From positions 3,647,463-3,711,462 of the forward strand of contig NW_019091359.1 of assembly GCF_001949145.1 (NCBI RefSeq): a stretch of DNA of 64,000 bases. The letters run 5' to 3'. Below the pieces are notes generated by a model. The model ran no database searches and was not told the origin of the DNA. It worked only from the letters and a program-made list of their open reading frames with translations. Below, one piece after another: positions 1 through 63,388 of this stretch. The position numbers and the translations under genes are program-made. The stretch is from Acanthaster planci. Lineage: Eukaryota. Within the stretch, counting starts at the first letter, position 1; the number at the start of each line of letters is the position of its first letter.

Positions 1-304
1 AAGTATAGCTGTGTAAGGATGGGTGTAGTAGTGTTTGTCCTAATTGTTGAGGACAAACGCTTGTGGTACATGTGTGTGTAGGCCTACCGGTACAATAATT
101 ACCAGGCCAGTTAACATGGCCGGGAAGTTGAGTTGAACATTGAGATTTCAGTGAAGTTGTAGACTTCATTAAATTTCTTGTTCTTTTTATCTGGTTCATG
201 ACCACTATATGCCTCCATCCCTTTTTATGGTCTTGAGTCTAGTTACCAGAGTTAAAGCGATCACTGATAGCTGGATTGCAGCATCAGCAAGACTGACAAT
301 CTAG

Positions 305-805
305 CACTGAGTTTACACTTGATTCGGTGAGGAGGATCAGATCCGGCACGGGGGATCAGATCTGGATCAAAAACGTGTGTAAATGCAGCACTGGATCAGA
401 TCCTGATCCCGGGATGTGATCCTCCTCTCGGGAAGGATCAGTACTTGACCATTCTCATGCTTTATCCATGTCGCCTTCAGTGACTTTCGTTACCGCTGCA
501 TATCGCTGATCCAAAACCTTCCATTTCCCCATTTTTCATTGTTTCATCTGAAACTACGTAAGATAAGACAATGAGACGTATATATACATGTACAGCACGC
601 TTGTACACGTAATACTGGCTCACATTTTGCTCCAGTGTGCATAATCAGTGAACTATTCGCATAACCTTTGCCCTGAGGTTGCAGCGCTTCATCGATGCCA
701 CGCGGGACTAGGATCCATCGTAAACATGGCACGGATCTGATCCCCTCACTTGATTGCTCTCGCCGGATCTGATCCTCCTTTACAGGATCAAGTGTAAACA
801 CGGCG
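305..805. mobile_element. Non-autonomous DNA transposon (MITE), Harbinger-like
   Basis: 19-bp TIRs CACTGAGTTTACACTTGAT / ATCAAGTGTAAACACGGCG (3 mismatches), TAG on both flanks, internal GGATCAGATCC motifs. Confidence 0.7.
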
Positions 806-3236
806 TAGGTACACCAAACCAGCTGGGTAGTTTATGAACTTGTTAAAGGGTACATGTACATGTAGCTGCAGTTCTATTTTTTAAAATTTGAACCTCCAAA
901 AAGCACCTTTATCTTAGTTAACCTCATGTCCAAGTTTTGTTTCACCTTTTCAAGGGTTAAAGGGTATTTTGCTTCCTTTTGGATTTCTATGCTAATGAGA
1001 TTTCCATATTCATTATTAAACTTAAACTGTTATGTCATCTCAGCAAGAGTATCATGTTGTGTAAGTTTGTACCATATATAAAAACTAGAGCGCTGACTTG
1101 TGTTCAAAGTGATGCCTGCTGGGTGCATGTACATGTACCAGTACATGTACATGTAGGTGTGTGCACAAACCTACAGAAAACTCAAAATGTTGTATGGCTT
1201 TTGTACAGCTATTTGCATACGTCTGTATTCTAAAATGAAAAGTCAGTAAAGCCGAGATGCCAAACAAGCTAAATGTACAACCAGTAAATGGCTTTTTCAT
1301 TTTGTGTACCGTAGCTCCATGGTCTGTACACAGAATAGCTGCTGAAGTTTTAAGATTTTACTGGCCTCCATTTTTCTTGGGTAATTCATTGTTTTTTAAG
1401 TACATAGCAAGCATGCAATCCTTTCTCAGAAACGTTTTCATTGCATTAATATTCCTCAGGTGACATCACAGCAACAGCGCCCTCAGTTGTCCAGGAAAGC
1501 ATGGGCAATTCTAACGTTTTAAAAATTGCACTTTTCATTGCATTTACATGTAAATGAAAAGGGATGGCAAATAATATTCATCCATTGGAGAAGAGTATAA
1601 ACTTGAAGAACAATGGGGTGTAAGAAAAATTAATTGATGCTACACTTCAAAGTTAAGAGCTAGAGGTACTGGGACCAACGTGGGAATTACAGTTTGGGTA
1701 CATAGCAGAAGGCTAATTGACTTCCTTTTTTAATGAATTTGGAAGGATGTCAAAAGAAGAATGGAGCTTTCCTGTCCTCAGCTTGAATGAACCATAGTTC
1801 AGTAGTTTTAATTTGAACAACTCTGTGGTTGTGGTACAATCCCTTGTGTGTTTACCCAGCAACAATTTCAGATGCCATGAAGTATACATTGTACAATGTA
1901 CCTGCAGTGAGGGTGGAGCAATAGATGACTCAGCCAGGCATCAGTGTGTGTGTAGGATCAAGTACTGTAATAACACATCACAACCCCCTTGAGTGAGAAA
2001 TATCCAACTGTTCTGTCATCCTTCCACATCAGATAAACACAGTCATGAATTTACATGTACCTGTTGTCACAAATATACCGGTATGTAATCCACTTCACTT
2101 CAAGTAAACAATATAGTATTTTCGAGTAAAGAATTATGCATAGTTGCTATTTTAAACAATATACATGTACATGTATTTACCTGAATGCATAATTTATATG
2201 TATTTACAGTGACCGGCAATCTACATGTCGTAAACTTTAGAAATTTAGAGCTGCAAACTGAGTTGCAAATGATCTGTGCATTCAAAGAAAAGGAGACATT
2301 TTAAAATTCTTTTTCTAGTGTTGATTACAAAGCTATTGTATGTTGTCACAGTAATCATTTAGGTTAACATTGACAAATGTTATTGCAGAATTTCATCTCA
2401 ACAGTTCATACATGTAGTCTAGTAGAAAATATTGTACAGAACATCAAAGGTGACTGAAAGGCTAGGCAGGATTTTAAAAATGCAGCAAATACAGACAACC
2501 ATATGCAAACATACTCTTGTTCTTCAGCTTATAAATGCACCTGCATCTTTAATTGTTGAAGCCATTTATTTTAGTGACAGTGTCCCCTCATTCAGTAATG
2601 GGGAATACAGCTGTACCTGACAGGTGTATTGATTTTAGCATAATGCGTGCCCATCTGCATTGTGCAGACTACATGTACATGTACATGTACATGTACAGGT
2701 TGAGATATTGCTACTTGGCTGTACCTGCTGATCATTGATCATATATAAACATGCACATGTACTAGTACACATGAACAATCATAATTACTAAGATCTCAGT
2801 CATGGTACATATTCTGTACAGATACATTTTCTGTGCACTATACGGTTAAATGTGTGACACTTATACAGGACGTATGCGATATGTTTGTCACTGTGACTAT
2901 TGTTTTGAGGAGTGTCAGCCAATTTTGTTGCTGCATTATACAGATGTAAATAAACATGCAGATGAATTCTTTTGCCTTTTCACTATTTTCAAGGTGTAGA
3001 ATATACATGTACGCATAAGCCTGTAAATGGGACTCTGCGAAATATGAACTTTTTCGTTTCAAAATGTTCTGAAGTCAAACTACCTGTTTCAAGAACTGTT
3101 TTTATCCGCATTCAGTTTGCATGTACTCCGCGAAGAACTGTGAAACACTTCTTAATTTATTTTATTTATGATTTAAATTTCTTGTACAGTGTATGTACTG
3201 TATTCTCATGTATTCATTCTCCATCATTCTGTGTGA

Positions 3237-45430
<42,194 letters not shown>

Positions 45431-48400
45431 CTATTAGATGGAGCCCCATGCAATAGCTGGTCTTACTGTAGCCTTCCTAAGGGTAAGGGTACTAGCTATC
45501 AGATGGATCCCTTAAACAGCAGGTCTTAATGTAGCCTTCCTTGGGGGTTGAGGTACTAGCTGTGGGATGGAGTCCTTTAACAGTAGGTGTTACTGTGGCC
45601 TTCACAGGGGGTTGAGTTTCTGGCTATGGGATGGAGCCCTTTAAGGGCTGGTCGTACCCTAGCCTTTCCATGGGGGATAAGGTACTAATCAAGGGATGGC
45701 AAGGGATGGAGCCTTTTGACAGCTGGTTGGGCTGATGGAGTTTTGACAGCTCCCTATGGTTCAAGTATGCTGACAGCAGCACCCCAGGTGAAGGTCCATA
45801 TAATTTGTAAGGTTGTTCTGGTAAGCTTGTTGGTCATTAGCCTGTAAACTGTTGGTGGGAGATTGTCAACAGGTGTACTGCAGTCTCAAAAAATTAACCA
45901 TTAAATTAGAGGTAAATTTTCCTGCAGACAATATCTTTAATAATGTCATTGTCAACATCTTATCTTCTGCCCTTTTTATTTTTCCCACATCAATACATGT
46001 ACTTGTCTTTGAAAACTTAATGGCCTGGTTTTAGGGATCACATGCTAGCATAAGCCAGTTCTTCAAGGAACTGTGGATGACACTAGTTATTCCACTTAGC
46101 TGCTGTAAATTGTGCTTAAATTAATTACAACCCCTGCATTGTGGGCATTTCTTATGGTACCTGTTGTCTTAAATATATCACCTCCCAAAAACTTGTTTGA
46201 TATTGGAAAAAAATTACTGCATATGCTGTCAGTTGAAGAATCCATGAGTTGTCAATTTTGAGGGAAAAAGTCAATATGTTTTTGAAAACCAAAACCTTTG
46301 CCAAGGTACCTCTTTACAACCATTATTGTTTAACATTTGCTTGGTAACCACACAACAGTTTCCTTCAGACTTTGAAGACTTTGCCTACAATGTGACATAT
46401 GCTGTATTCAGAGATGAATTTTGTATGTATTGTAACTTTTTGAACTAAAAGTGTGTTCAAAAAACTAAAATGGTCCCATACATGTAAGTATTTTTTTAAG
46501 TGTGTGTTTCATTCATTTTTAAAATTTCAATGTTAAACACATTTTAAAAATTTCTTGGCCACGGCAGTCAGGATTTACTAATTTGTTGTCTTTTTTACAC
46601 ATCTATATTTTGTGGACACAATATTCTTTATGGTTTCTTGGGGCCAACAAATAATCAAACAAAAAGTAAGCTTTGGGCTCCTCTTCGTTATTGAAGTAAC
46701 CCTGATAAATATTTTTTGAAACCATCTTTTAGGTGTGGGATGTTTGTAATTAAATACTTGAAATGAAGTTTGTCAAGTTTCTCTTTTTTTCTTTTTTTTT
46801 ACTGGCAAGGAAACAGTCCAGATTAAACCAATGTTAACAGTGATGTTCATTTGAGGATTGAAAGACCTGTTTTTTGTACATGAAGATACATACGTATTTG
46901 GATGTCTTACTGCATGGCTTGCCTTCATGGTCTCATGTGTTACTACTTTGACCATGCATTTTGTACAGTATTGGTTGTGGGCATGCACAATTGAGGGCAG
47001 TGTTCAGCCTACTCACCAGTGGCACGAAGGCATGTGTTGATGGCATACCAGCTTACAAATGCCAAATCATGCCTCGCTGACCAACAGCATATTTTGCACA
47101 CAAGTGATTGTTGCTTAGGTTGGCTGAAACCATTGTAAGGATGACCCATTGATTCTGCTGGAGAAATGTATTCAGCTGTAATCATTGCTAAGTAATAACA
47201 TTAGAAGCACAGTCATCCTGCAGTGTATATTTGTCAGTGGTACGACTTTGCATCAGTTTTGTGAACCTATGTGGTGACATCTTACAAGTACATTGTAACG
47301 TAACTAAGCAAGCTGGTCCTTGCTTTTCCTGAAGGAAGTAATGTCAAAGTGCCTTTTTTAGTTGATTGCTGTGTAGTACTTAGTGTTTGTTATACATTTT
47401 TTTGAAAGTTACATTCAAGTGGATTTATTTTACGTCATGTGCTGTTCCCAAATGTCCACTCGCTATTGTTTCCTGTACAAGCTGGTAAATATAGATTTCC
47501 ATCTTGTTTTATACTAGTTTATTCTTTCCAGCCGTCTCATTTTTGTACAGGAGTCAGTATCCCTCAACTAATCAGGGAAAGAAATGAACTGTACAAACCT
47601 GTCTACAACTTGAAATTCAAATTGTTTTTAAAAGTAGGTTTTAACAAGTTCATCAATTGTAATTACTGTATATAATTGGACCATTAAGTACTTTTATTGA
47701 CTAATTTGTAATCCTTGCATTGTATTCAGTAGCAATATGTGTAACAGTTTTGTTTTCAGTCATTTTAATTGTACATTTAGTTGAGTTTGAGTCTTTTAGT
47801 GAGATTGTTGACACTTTACAGTGGCTTAGTTAAAATCACACTGTGAATTCTTAATACGCATAAAATATCCATTGCTTGAAGCCAGTTGATGGGAGATGCT
47901 AGATATAAGATATTGCTCAGCAAGTACTTGTGTTCAGCAGTAGTTAGGCAAAAACAGTCACAGGCAGTAAACAGTGCAGGATATTTAAACCAGTAATCAC
48001 TTTTGCAAAGCAACTGTTTTTCTCTTCAGTATCCAGTATCACTGGTGTAGTGATAGCAATCCCAAAGACTTGATGACTCAAAGATAAGTTTGAAAGTGAA
48101 TATGTTGCCTTTTGGGTGAAGTTCGACCATATTTTTAGCATGATTGTTTTACCCTGGGTTCAATTTAGTTGACTTTAGACACTGTAATTTGCATTAGAAG
48201 CACCAATGTTATCAAATTCCTTGTGGCATAAGGATCTATTTCAAGTAAGTGCAACACCAGTGTCTTAGTTCATGTTAGTTTTGTAGGCGAATGCATAGAT
48301 TTGTGGGAAGAATTTTAGATTTGGGGGGGGGGTTAACTCTGTTTAGATTATTTTGAAGTTATTTTGGGCACAGGGAAGTGGTATCTTTTATTTCATACAT

Positions 48401-49533
48401 GTAGTTTTGCATGCGAGTGTAATCCTTAAATTGTAAAGTGTTTGTTTTAATTTTGTTTAGATATCCACTTGTGTTTAATTTTTCATTTACTTGTGCTGTA
48501 CATCAGACAAGGTATTCACACCTTGTCTATCACATTCTTGCCACTTTCAGAAAACAGGCATAAAAAGCCCAAATGTGTAAGCTGTAACAGTGAGATGTCC
48601 AACTTGAAAGATATCTGTTGCCTTTTATTGGGCTCAGCCAGCAAGCTTTGTAAAACAAAATTGATGAAATCACCAATATATAAATCAAAGAACAAGTGGG
48701 AGATTTAGGAATATTTCTGGGCAAGATACAGGTTCTTTTCATTTTTCCATTCTCTGTGATGGAGTCATCAAAGGATTTGTATTTTTGTCCTGATTTATAA
48801 ACATCAATGAAATACTTTGCTATCCCACTGCTGACACTAATATCAAGGTTTTTAAAGAATCAGTGCTTTTAATGTTTTCTCTCCCAAATATTTTTAACAT
48901 GTTGAAGAGAAAGAAATGTCATGTTTGTCTGCTAAAGAGACTTGCCATGATTTAAGTGGTTGAAATTCCCACACTCTTAAACCTCGACAAAAATTAGAAA
49001 GGTTTTGTGACCTCGAAAACAACTGCAGATGGTCAAAATGTACATCTAGGAGTTCGAAGTAATCACTTGTCAATGCTCCAAATGACTAGATGTCAGTATC
49101 CTTTATTTCACTTCATTGTATATAACATATACTTGTTAATTTTGATTTAGGAGTTCCATGTTGGCATTATCCAATTTGTTTGAAGTGGTTTTGCAGTTAT
49201 TGCTGATGGTAGCTCAGCTTTTTGTGACAGTCCCAATAACTACATAATTAGTGTTTCTAGTTATCACCCCTTACCCAAACTACATCCTTTGTAATTTATC
49301 AACAATGCGGAGCCAGAGGTTCACTCAAGATTGTTAGAGTTGCATTCCTGAATTTGGAATTGGGTGGGAATTTTCATCATGTTGTTCACAGAAGTCATTT
49401 CCATAGTTTGCATTTCAAGTAAAGATTACCATTATTAAACTAGTTTCTTACTGCTGTAAAAAGTATAAATTTCTTGAGAAAGTATAGTCTCATTGCAAGA
49501 TAAATTCCATAAAATTTGTAGATATCTGTAACT

Positions 49534-49539
49534 AATAAA
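49534..49539 (+). terminator. Candidate MAGI polyadenylation signal AATAAA
   Basis: AATAAA near where the + strand switches from T-rich to A-rich between the convergent MAGI and AGPAT genes. Confidence 0.4.
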
Positions 49540-50746
49540 AAAGAAAAACACGCAAGCACTTGATTGGATCAGTAGTTGGCAAGAAGTAAGTTTTTTATAT
49601 CACTTTTTTGCTTCATTGTATAGGCAATCAAACCATCATATATTTAATAAAACTTCAGTATGTATTTGTCTAAAAAAATTGCCTTTTTGACTTACTTGTG
49701 AAAATTCATGAGGGAGTTGCGTAAAAAACCAAAAATGTGCTGAAGAACAATTACTTAGAAATTTTGCTCCTTGCAGAGTGAGGACAAAAGTACAAATAGG
49801 CCACAAGAATGGTGATCCAAATGCCTTGGAAAACCTTCATTCTAGATAGTTCCAAGCTGATCTGCTAAGACAAACAAATTTGACAAAGTTGAACAAAGAT
49901 AACAATATCCAAAAATAGCAGCACTGCAGTCATGACAAAGATAATTACATGTACAAATACTACAAACATCAAGACAAATATTCAAATTATGAAGATAATT
50001 GATTGCTTTTGGACAAAACAGTTGGGAAGGTATTTACACACTTACAGTGAGATAATGTAGATAAAGTGCTCAATTTGAAGTCAAGCTTTTTTAATAGATT
50101 AACTATAAATATCGCTCACTTTCTTCAGAGAGAAAATAATTTACACCCAAAATAAATCATTTAGCAGCATGTTCACAATTACATCAAATATGGCTTTCTT
50201 TGTGACCACAAAACTATTCATTTAACCAATACTGATTGGGATTTTCACGTTATCGGTGGTACAAAAAAGTTGCTCATATCCATTCTGCATGCATTGTTGA
50301 GGGCGCTCTTTGTAGGACCCACAAGTCCCAAATGTAAATATTTGTAATTTGCTGACTTTGCCAGTTAATCAGTGCATATGCAAAGTATTAAAGTCAAGCC
50401 AACAGGATATTCAGCACACAACCAGTATCTAAATGTATATACATATTGATCATGGTGTACTCTGAAGGGGTCATCACTCTGAAATGGGGTTCATTCCATC
50501 TTAGTACACAACTGAAAAAAGGACCATTGTTTTCCCCCATTTGTCTCTCAAGAGGGCCTTGATATGCATGGAGCTTGTACAAGTAACACCAGTCAGATGT
50601 TGTAAACCCATTAAAGCAGAATTGTTGCTGGCAGGTTTTCTTGTTAATCATTATCAGCTTGGCACCAGACATAACATGCATATCATCATGTGACAATTGG
50701 CTGGTAACTGATTTGACAGAATATTTGTTTTGTTTTGGTCCAGGAT

Positions 50747-50883
50747 TTATTGTCTCAGCGGTGGTGATATTTCATGGAATCTCTTCAACATTGAGGTCCT
50801 GACACTCTCCGTTAGCTCTGGCACATCATCAGATGTCAAGCCTTTTGTTGGAACATTTGGAAGTACATCAACTTTCATGTCCA
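50747..50883 (-). CDS. AGPAT1: AGPAT terminal exon
   Basis: [44 protein letters not shown]. Confidence 0.92.
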
Positions 50884-53800
50884 CTGTCAAACCATTAACG
50901 CAAGAAGTTTTGAATGACAAAAGAATGCTGAGCAACATATCAATAACAAAGACTATACATTCTTTTCACTGTTCTATATCTCTTTCCACCCAACCCAATT
51001 ACAAAATACATTGAGGGTATTTCAGTTTCAATTTTAAATCCTGATTCTTCTTAGAAATGAAAAAAAATATAAGTAATGGGTACAAGCTTGGTCTAGTAAA
51101 AGTACTGGTTTACTTTTTTGACAACATGCTAATATATTGTTGAATTTGAAACAAGCTGTTGCTTCAATATCTCTTGAATATTTTAATCACAATGTTGAAA
51201 CAAACAAATATAAACGTATTGTGAAATCTGTTCATTTTGATTGCATGCATTCTTGCACTGAAGCAGAAAGTAAAAGCTGGGAAAAAGTTCAACTTTACCT
51301 CTGTCAAATTTTTTTTCCTTGGAGCTGTACATGTGACGATATCTTGAGACGACAATAGGGACAATGGGAACCTACAAATCAAAGAACTCATCTTTATAAG
51401 CAGAAAGAATTCAACTGAATAAAGCAAACCTTTAAATAGAGATCTACATTCTAAAACTAGAACAGCCATCATGTTCACGATTGATTAGTTACATTTTTGA
51501 AACTCTATACAAGGTTTATTTGCAGATAGTGAATTAAATCAGATAAAATTATAAATAACAATAAAATTCTATACCAAAAGCAAAGGAAAAATAAAATTTC
51601 CTTATGATTGTACAAACTCAAGAAATGCCAAACTGAATATTTGTGGACAATTACAGCTCTGAGTTCCTGTTTTTTATGGGCAAGACTTTTTCACAGAAAA
51701 AAGAAAAAGTCAGTCTATAAAAGAGTCAGAAATACACAAAGCTGATTGAATTTACCTGTGCCTGCACAGCAATATGAAATGCCCCTTTCTTAAATGGAAG
51801 CAAGTCTGTATCAGGTGCATGAGATCTGGTTCCTTCTGGATAAATCCATAATTTACCCTGAAAAAAAAAATAAAAATATAAGCCATCACAAGTCATTGGA
51901 CAGTATTACATTTCATTTCATCAAATTGGTTTCACACACCACATATTTAATTGGGAAGGCTGGGTTCAGGATCATAATAGAATGAAGTGAGCAAATTGTG
52001 ACTTGAATCTGAAAGGCAGAAAAGGTTTAGGAAACATTTTTAAATAAGAGGATATAATAATATAGCATCTATAGTAACTCAAAACCAAATTGGGGAACTC
52101 AAGATTCTTGTCTGAATTTTGAAACATTCATACGATAGTTTAATCTGTCAAATTTCAAATCAAATTTATTTAACTACTTTCTTTGGGGAAAAACCTCCAG
52201 TGGACTAATTCTCAAGATCTACCATTTCATACCGGTCAAAAGTGGCTGACCACAATTTGGTTTCTTTAAAGAAATACGCACATACACAGCTGCAAAGAGA
52301 GTGGAGAATACAGCTTGTATTCCACAACAGGAATTCCAACACCTGTCCAAAGTCCATGGAATTTGACAATCAGAGTGCTCTGGGTTATCTACAATGCTGA
52401 GGTCAAGAAACTTTGATAGCTTGGCGTGATTTCATCACAATGAAAGTGCAAAGTCTATCAAATATACCACATGACTATGGGTTCCATCCAGAGGGTCCCT
52501 GGGCTTTTTAAAATGGGAAGAAATATTACATTTGGATTTACAGAATTTTCAGGTACCTACAACATGTTAGACCTACCTTTGGACGCTCTTTTATGGAGAA
52601 AAACATAATATCATACCATTGGATTTGACAGTATTCTACAAAACAAGACAGGAATTTTGATGCTAGTTGAATGGGGTAGCATATGGGTATGCAAACCATC
52701 TAAAAAGTACAGAAAATTATTTATCTTTTGTAAAAAGCAGATTACATTCATACATGTAGGACCAGCCAATTCATCTTGTTTACCTGGAACCTGCCCCCCC
52801 CCAAAAAAAATTATTACATTCCCCCTTAAACTTGTCTTACTCTTTTCAATGCAAAGTTCCCCTTTTACTCTCAACCCTAACAAAGGGTTTCTGGATCATA
52901 AAGTGGTGTGTCAAGGGTTTGAGTCTGGGGAGGACAAAGTGTTTTTCTAAAAATGATTGTCCAATGTGTTTCTTCGTTTACTTAAAATTCTCACCCTGTA
53001 CAGAAAGTTTTAAGTACCATTTATGATGAGTTGGTGCTCTCAATTTCTTTAAAAAAAGGCAAAAATTATCTGCGGCAAGGGGGGCACCCACCCTCGGGGA
53101 ATGTTCCAATTGGATCAGCCTAAAATACTTGAACCATTAAATTACCCTTTCTTCTTTGAGGAACTTGACGCATCGATCACTAGTCGCCCTTGCCTGAGCT
53201 GGATTTTTTCTATCAACAAAGAAGACGCCAGAAGCAATACAGCCAAGCCCATAGGTGAGGGTGTATTTGAGGGAGTTTTTAGCCAAGATGGAACAGCGAC
53301 CAGGTGCCCAACACTTCAAGTATGCTAAACATGAAAACAACCAAGAAATAATTCACTGAGTTATATGTCATCAGGATGTAGGCATTGTTTACTGCTAAAC
53401 GTGACTCTCTTGAATACGTGAGATGTTTCATATATTGCTGGGGTATGAAGGTCAAGATGAACACACAGCTTTCTATTCTCCTGATCGCAGTTTTGAGGTA
53501 CTTTTGTGAAATGAAAGAAGAAAAACGGGCAGGAAGGTTATTTGTGCGCCCCCCCCAAGAAAAATGGTGAAGCTAAAAAGGATCAGATAGGACAATGATC
53601 AATAAAACTCTGTGAAGGATATTTATTCACCTCGCCTCTTTTGAGTTTTAGGTTTATCTGAGTGTCATACAAATGTACCTATCCAAATAAAGACAGATAT
53701 CTTACGAAGCTGGTCCAGTGATGTTTGATGGTTGATGACAAACACGCAGGGTTCATTCACACCTAATCGATCTGGTGTATTTAGCATCTCAATGTGAACG

Positions 53801-55035
53801 CTAAATAACATTTCGAAGCTTAGGTAATGGGCAAAGAAGTTCCACCACCTATAGAGACATAAAACATGACTGAGATATTGAGTTTTCCTGCATCATTCAA
53901 GAATCTTCTTTAACATTACCCTTCATCATAAGTTGCCATGGGGATAGTTCTCCTGATCATCTCTATAATTCAGCCTTCCAATCAATGCAGCTCTCTTTTT
54001 TCATTACTAGTCTTAACAACATTGACATTAGCATCACCCTATCACAATCCATCTTCTACCATCACCATCTTACCATCACAACCATTAACTTGCATCACCT
54101 TTTTTGATAATGATGTCCAGTACTTGTACGATGTTAAAGGTGCTCTATAAATACCTTTATTATTATAACCACCACTGTTATCCAACTTCATCATCTATAT
54201 TCTTACCTTAACTAACACACTGAATAAAATCATAAGCCATAATATTCCATTTCCCCTACCCAGATGCTAATCCACTGCAGAGCGAGGGTTATAGGGTCTC
54301 CACCCCCCCTCCCTCTCCGGGCCATGTTTTTTTCTTTTCAGGGGCCTAAGTCTAAAGGTTGGAAAATCCCCTAAAAAGCATATGAGACTTATTTTGGGTG
54401 TGCAGTTATGGACAAAAGAAAGAGATTAAATGGCTTTGAACACCAAGGGCGACAAAGTTCTTTCTGAAAGAGATTAAATGGCTTTGAACACCAAGGGCGA
54501 CAAAGTTCTTTCTGATCCCCATCATTTCCCCACCCCCTCCCCCGCCCCAAGTACAAAAATTCCTTGATCCACCCTTTTTTCTCACCTTTTCTACCAAGAA
54601 ATTAACAGAAATTTAATTACACCTCATAAATCCTCATGCCCAGCTCTATCCATGGAGGAAGGTGTGTTCCTTCCTCCATGCTCTATCTAACCACTATGAC
54701 TGAATTACCACTGTATGATGACTTGAACCAACGCCCCTTCCACTTTGCAGTTATCCTCAGGCGAATTAAATGAATGACAAGTAAACAAAATGAAGTTAAA
54801 TAAATACATGTACTTACCACATGTTGGCCGTATCACCGAAGCTGTTGGTTAGTAAGCTCGCTATTGTAACAAGCAAGCCAAGAATGAGATGCCAAATCAT
54901 AAACATGGTGTACTTAATGTAGAACTGAGCAACCCGATTCACTTTGCATAGCGCATATGACCCAGCAGAGCAAAACACAACCAACGTCAAAAGGTTCATG
55001 GTGGAGAATTTGGAACCGTCAGATGGTTGAAGCAT
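50747..55035 (-). CDS. AGPAT1: 1-acyl-sn-glycerol-3-phosphate acyltransferase (LPAAT, AGPAT1/2-like), 6 exons
   Basis: complement(join(50747-50883,51299-51371,51756-51857,53146-53324,53706-53848,54818-55035)); start at ATG 55035 or 54999 (283 or 271 aa). Acyltransferase motifs [28 protein letters not shown] and VPIVPIV; hydrophobic N-terminus; phases consistent. AGPAT1 vs AGPAT2 cannot be distinguished in an invertebrate. Confidence 0.93.
51299..51371 (-). CDS. AGPAT1: AGPAT exon 5
   Basis: [24 protein letters not shown]. Confidence 0.93.
51756..51857 (-). CDS. AGPAT1: AGPAT exon 4 (PEGTR motif)
   Basis: [34 protein letters not shown]. Confidence 0.95.
53146..53324 (-). CDS. AGPAT1: AGPAT exon 3
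   Basis: [14 protein letters not shown]...[14 protein letters not shown]. Confidence 0.93.
53706..53848 (-). CDS. AGPAT1: AGPAT exon 2 (catalytic HxxxxD motif)
   Basis: WWNFFAH...[16 protein letters not shown]. Confidence 0.93.
54418..54515. repeat. Perfect 48-bp tandem duplication in AGPAT intron 1
   Basis: GAAAGAGATTAAATGGCTTTGAACACCAAGGGCGACAAAGTTCTTTCT x2. Confidence 0.95.
54818..55035 (-). CDS. AGPAT1: AGPAT exon 1 (transmembrane N-terminus)
   Basis: [33 protein letters not shown]...GDTANM(W); donor TG|gtaagt. Confidence 0.85.
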
Positions 55036-55360
55036 GGAGGTAGAATGGTTGAAGTATGATCGGTGGCAGAATTCACTGCGTTTCACTGTAAACGCGGTGG
55101 CAATCCTAGCTGCTTCACGCATCAACGAACAATGCCTTATCAAACGGGAAACAGCGATATGTACACGTACATGTGTCACGCCACATCACGCCAGCTGGCC
55201 AGCTCTGACCCCTCCGATGCACGCACTGCAAACATATTAAAAATCTGGACGAGACGATCGCTTCAGACGAACTAGGCAGGTGGATTGTACCATTGTCAGG
55301 TTGAAGTACAGTACGGTGACGAAATAAGGCGCGTGTGAAAATGTGCATAGGCGGAACGGT
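55036..55360 (-). promoter_or_regulatory. CpG-rich 5' UTR/promoter region of AGPAT
   Basis: Visible CG enrichment relative to the CpG-poor introns, immediately upstream of the first coding exon. Confidence 0.45.
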
Positions 55361-56786
55361 TCAAGTATTGGCTTAAGGATACCATAATTTCCTAGTTTTG
55401 GGAGAAATAAAGAAATTTCAACCGCAACATGCATACTTATGTCATCCAAAACAATGGTTTATTTTTGGAGATAAACCGGTTGACCCGGCCTTTCATTAGA
55501 TCCAGCTTAAATTCATCAACTTGAATTATCATTTTTGAGGCAAATGCCTACAAATCTATCGCAGCATACATACGTGAAAAAATTGAGTACCCAAGTTTGT
55601 TATTTATGTATAATGCTATTAATTAAAAACATATAAAATCCACAAAAGACTCTAGTTGGGTTGCAGGAAGTAAAACAAAATAGATGCCTTTCAATAATTT
55701 TCTTTAATCCATTAATTTTTACCAGCAAATTTTGAGATTAATTAAAAATTAATCAAAGCCCCCCACACTGTCAATGGAAATGTCCCCCTTACCTGAAGAA
55801 CTTAAACATGACCTAGACGATGAAGCCCTCGCCAACAAAAAAGTTCTCAAAATTGAATTCCCAGAAAAACCTCTGAAATTTTTCAGATGGAATGTTGATG
55901 AGTAAGCTGTTGATATTTTTCACTGAGAGCCTTTGCGGATAATTTTCATTTACCTTGGCTAACAAAAATATTAAAGGCTGTTCAACAAATGTTCAAAACA
56001 AAATTAGATTTTGCTTTAAACTAAGTAGGCTTGAGTCGCATCCATTGTGGTGCCAATAAAAAAACTACAAAATAGTTTGCAAGGATTGTGGGACAGTCTG
56101 ACAAACAGTGATGCAATCCCATAAAGAGGGTTAATGCAAAGATATTTACATACAACGGAATATTAACATCAGTATGTTTCCATCTACTTAAAACCAGCCG
56201 TTCATTATCACGCACTTAGGCGTATGCATCCCCCTCTCGAGTACATGTACATTTATGGTATAACAAAGGGGCAGGGCACACATTGCATCTTTTCCGCTGG
56301 GTCTGCCCCTGACATTGTCTTCTACAAAAATCAACGGAGGTTTAGAGTTTGTTGCTTCATATTTGGTACAAGAACATGATGCTCTATGGTTTTCAAGATG
56401 TCAAATTCTTTTCATGTCTGTTTCACACTGATCTCGATCTTGATCAGCAGTCCAGATGCTAATTAGTGCCATCCACTGGGTAAGTTTGGGTGTCAGCCTG
56501 AACCAAGGTCAGATCACTAATCGTAATCTGGATCTGCATCAAACAAACAAGTGAAGTCTGGTTGTGCTTCGGTCTTGTCTCACTGCTATTTCTTATGGTA
56601 GTGGGAATGTAAGACGTCTGTTTTCTCATCATCACAATAAAGACTTCTTGCTGTGTCTTTCCACTGTCCATATCTACATATCACCTTACAGCTTAGTACA
56701 TTCATATCACAAAATACTCATTTCATAAGTAATCAAGTTTGGAGAGTATGATCCATCTTTCCTTCTCTCCAATCAGATCTGCTTTG

Positions 56787-63388
<6,602 letters not shown>

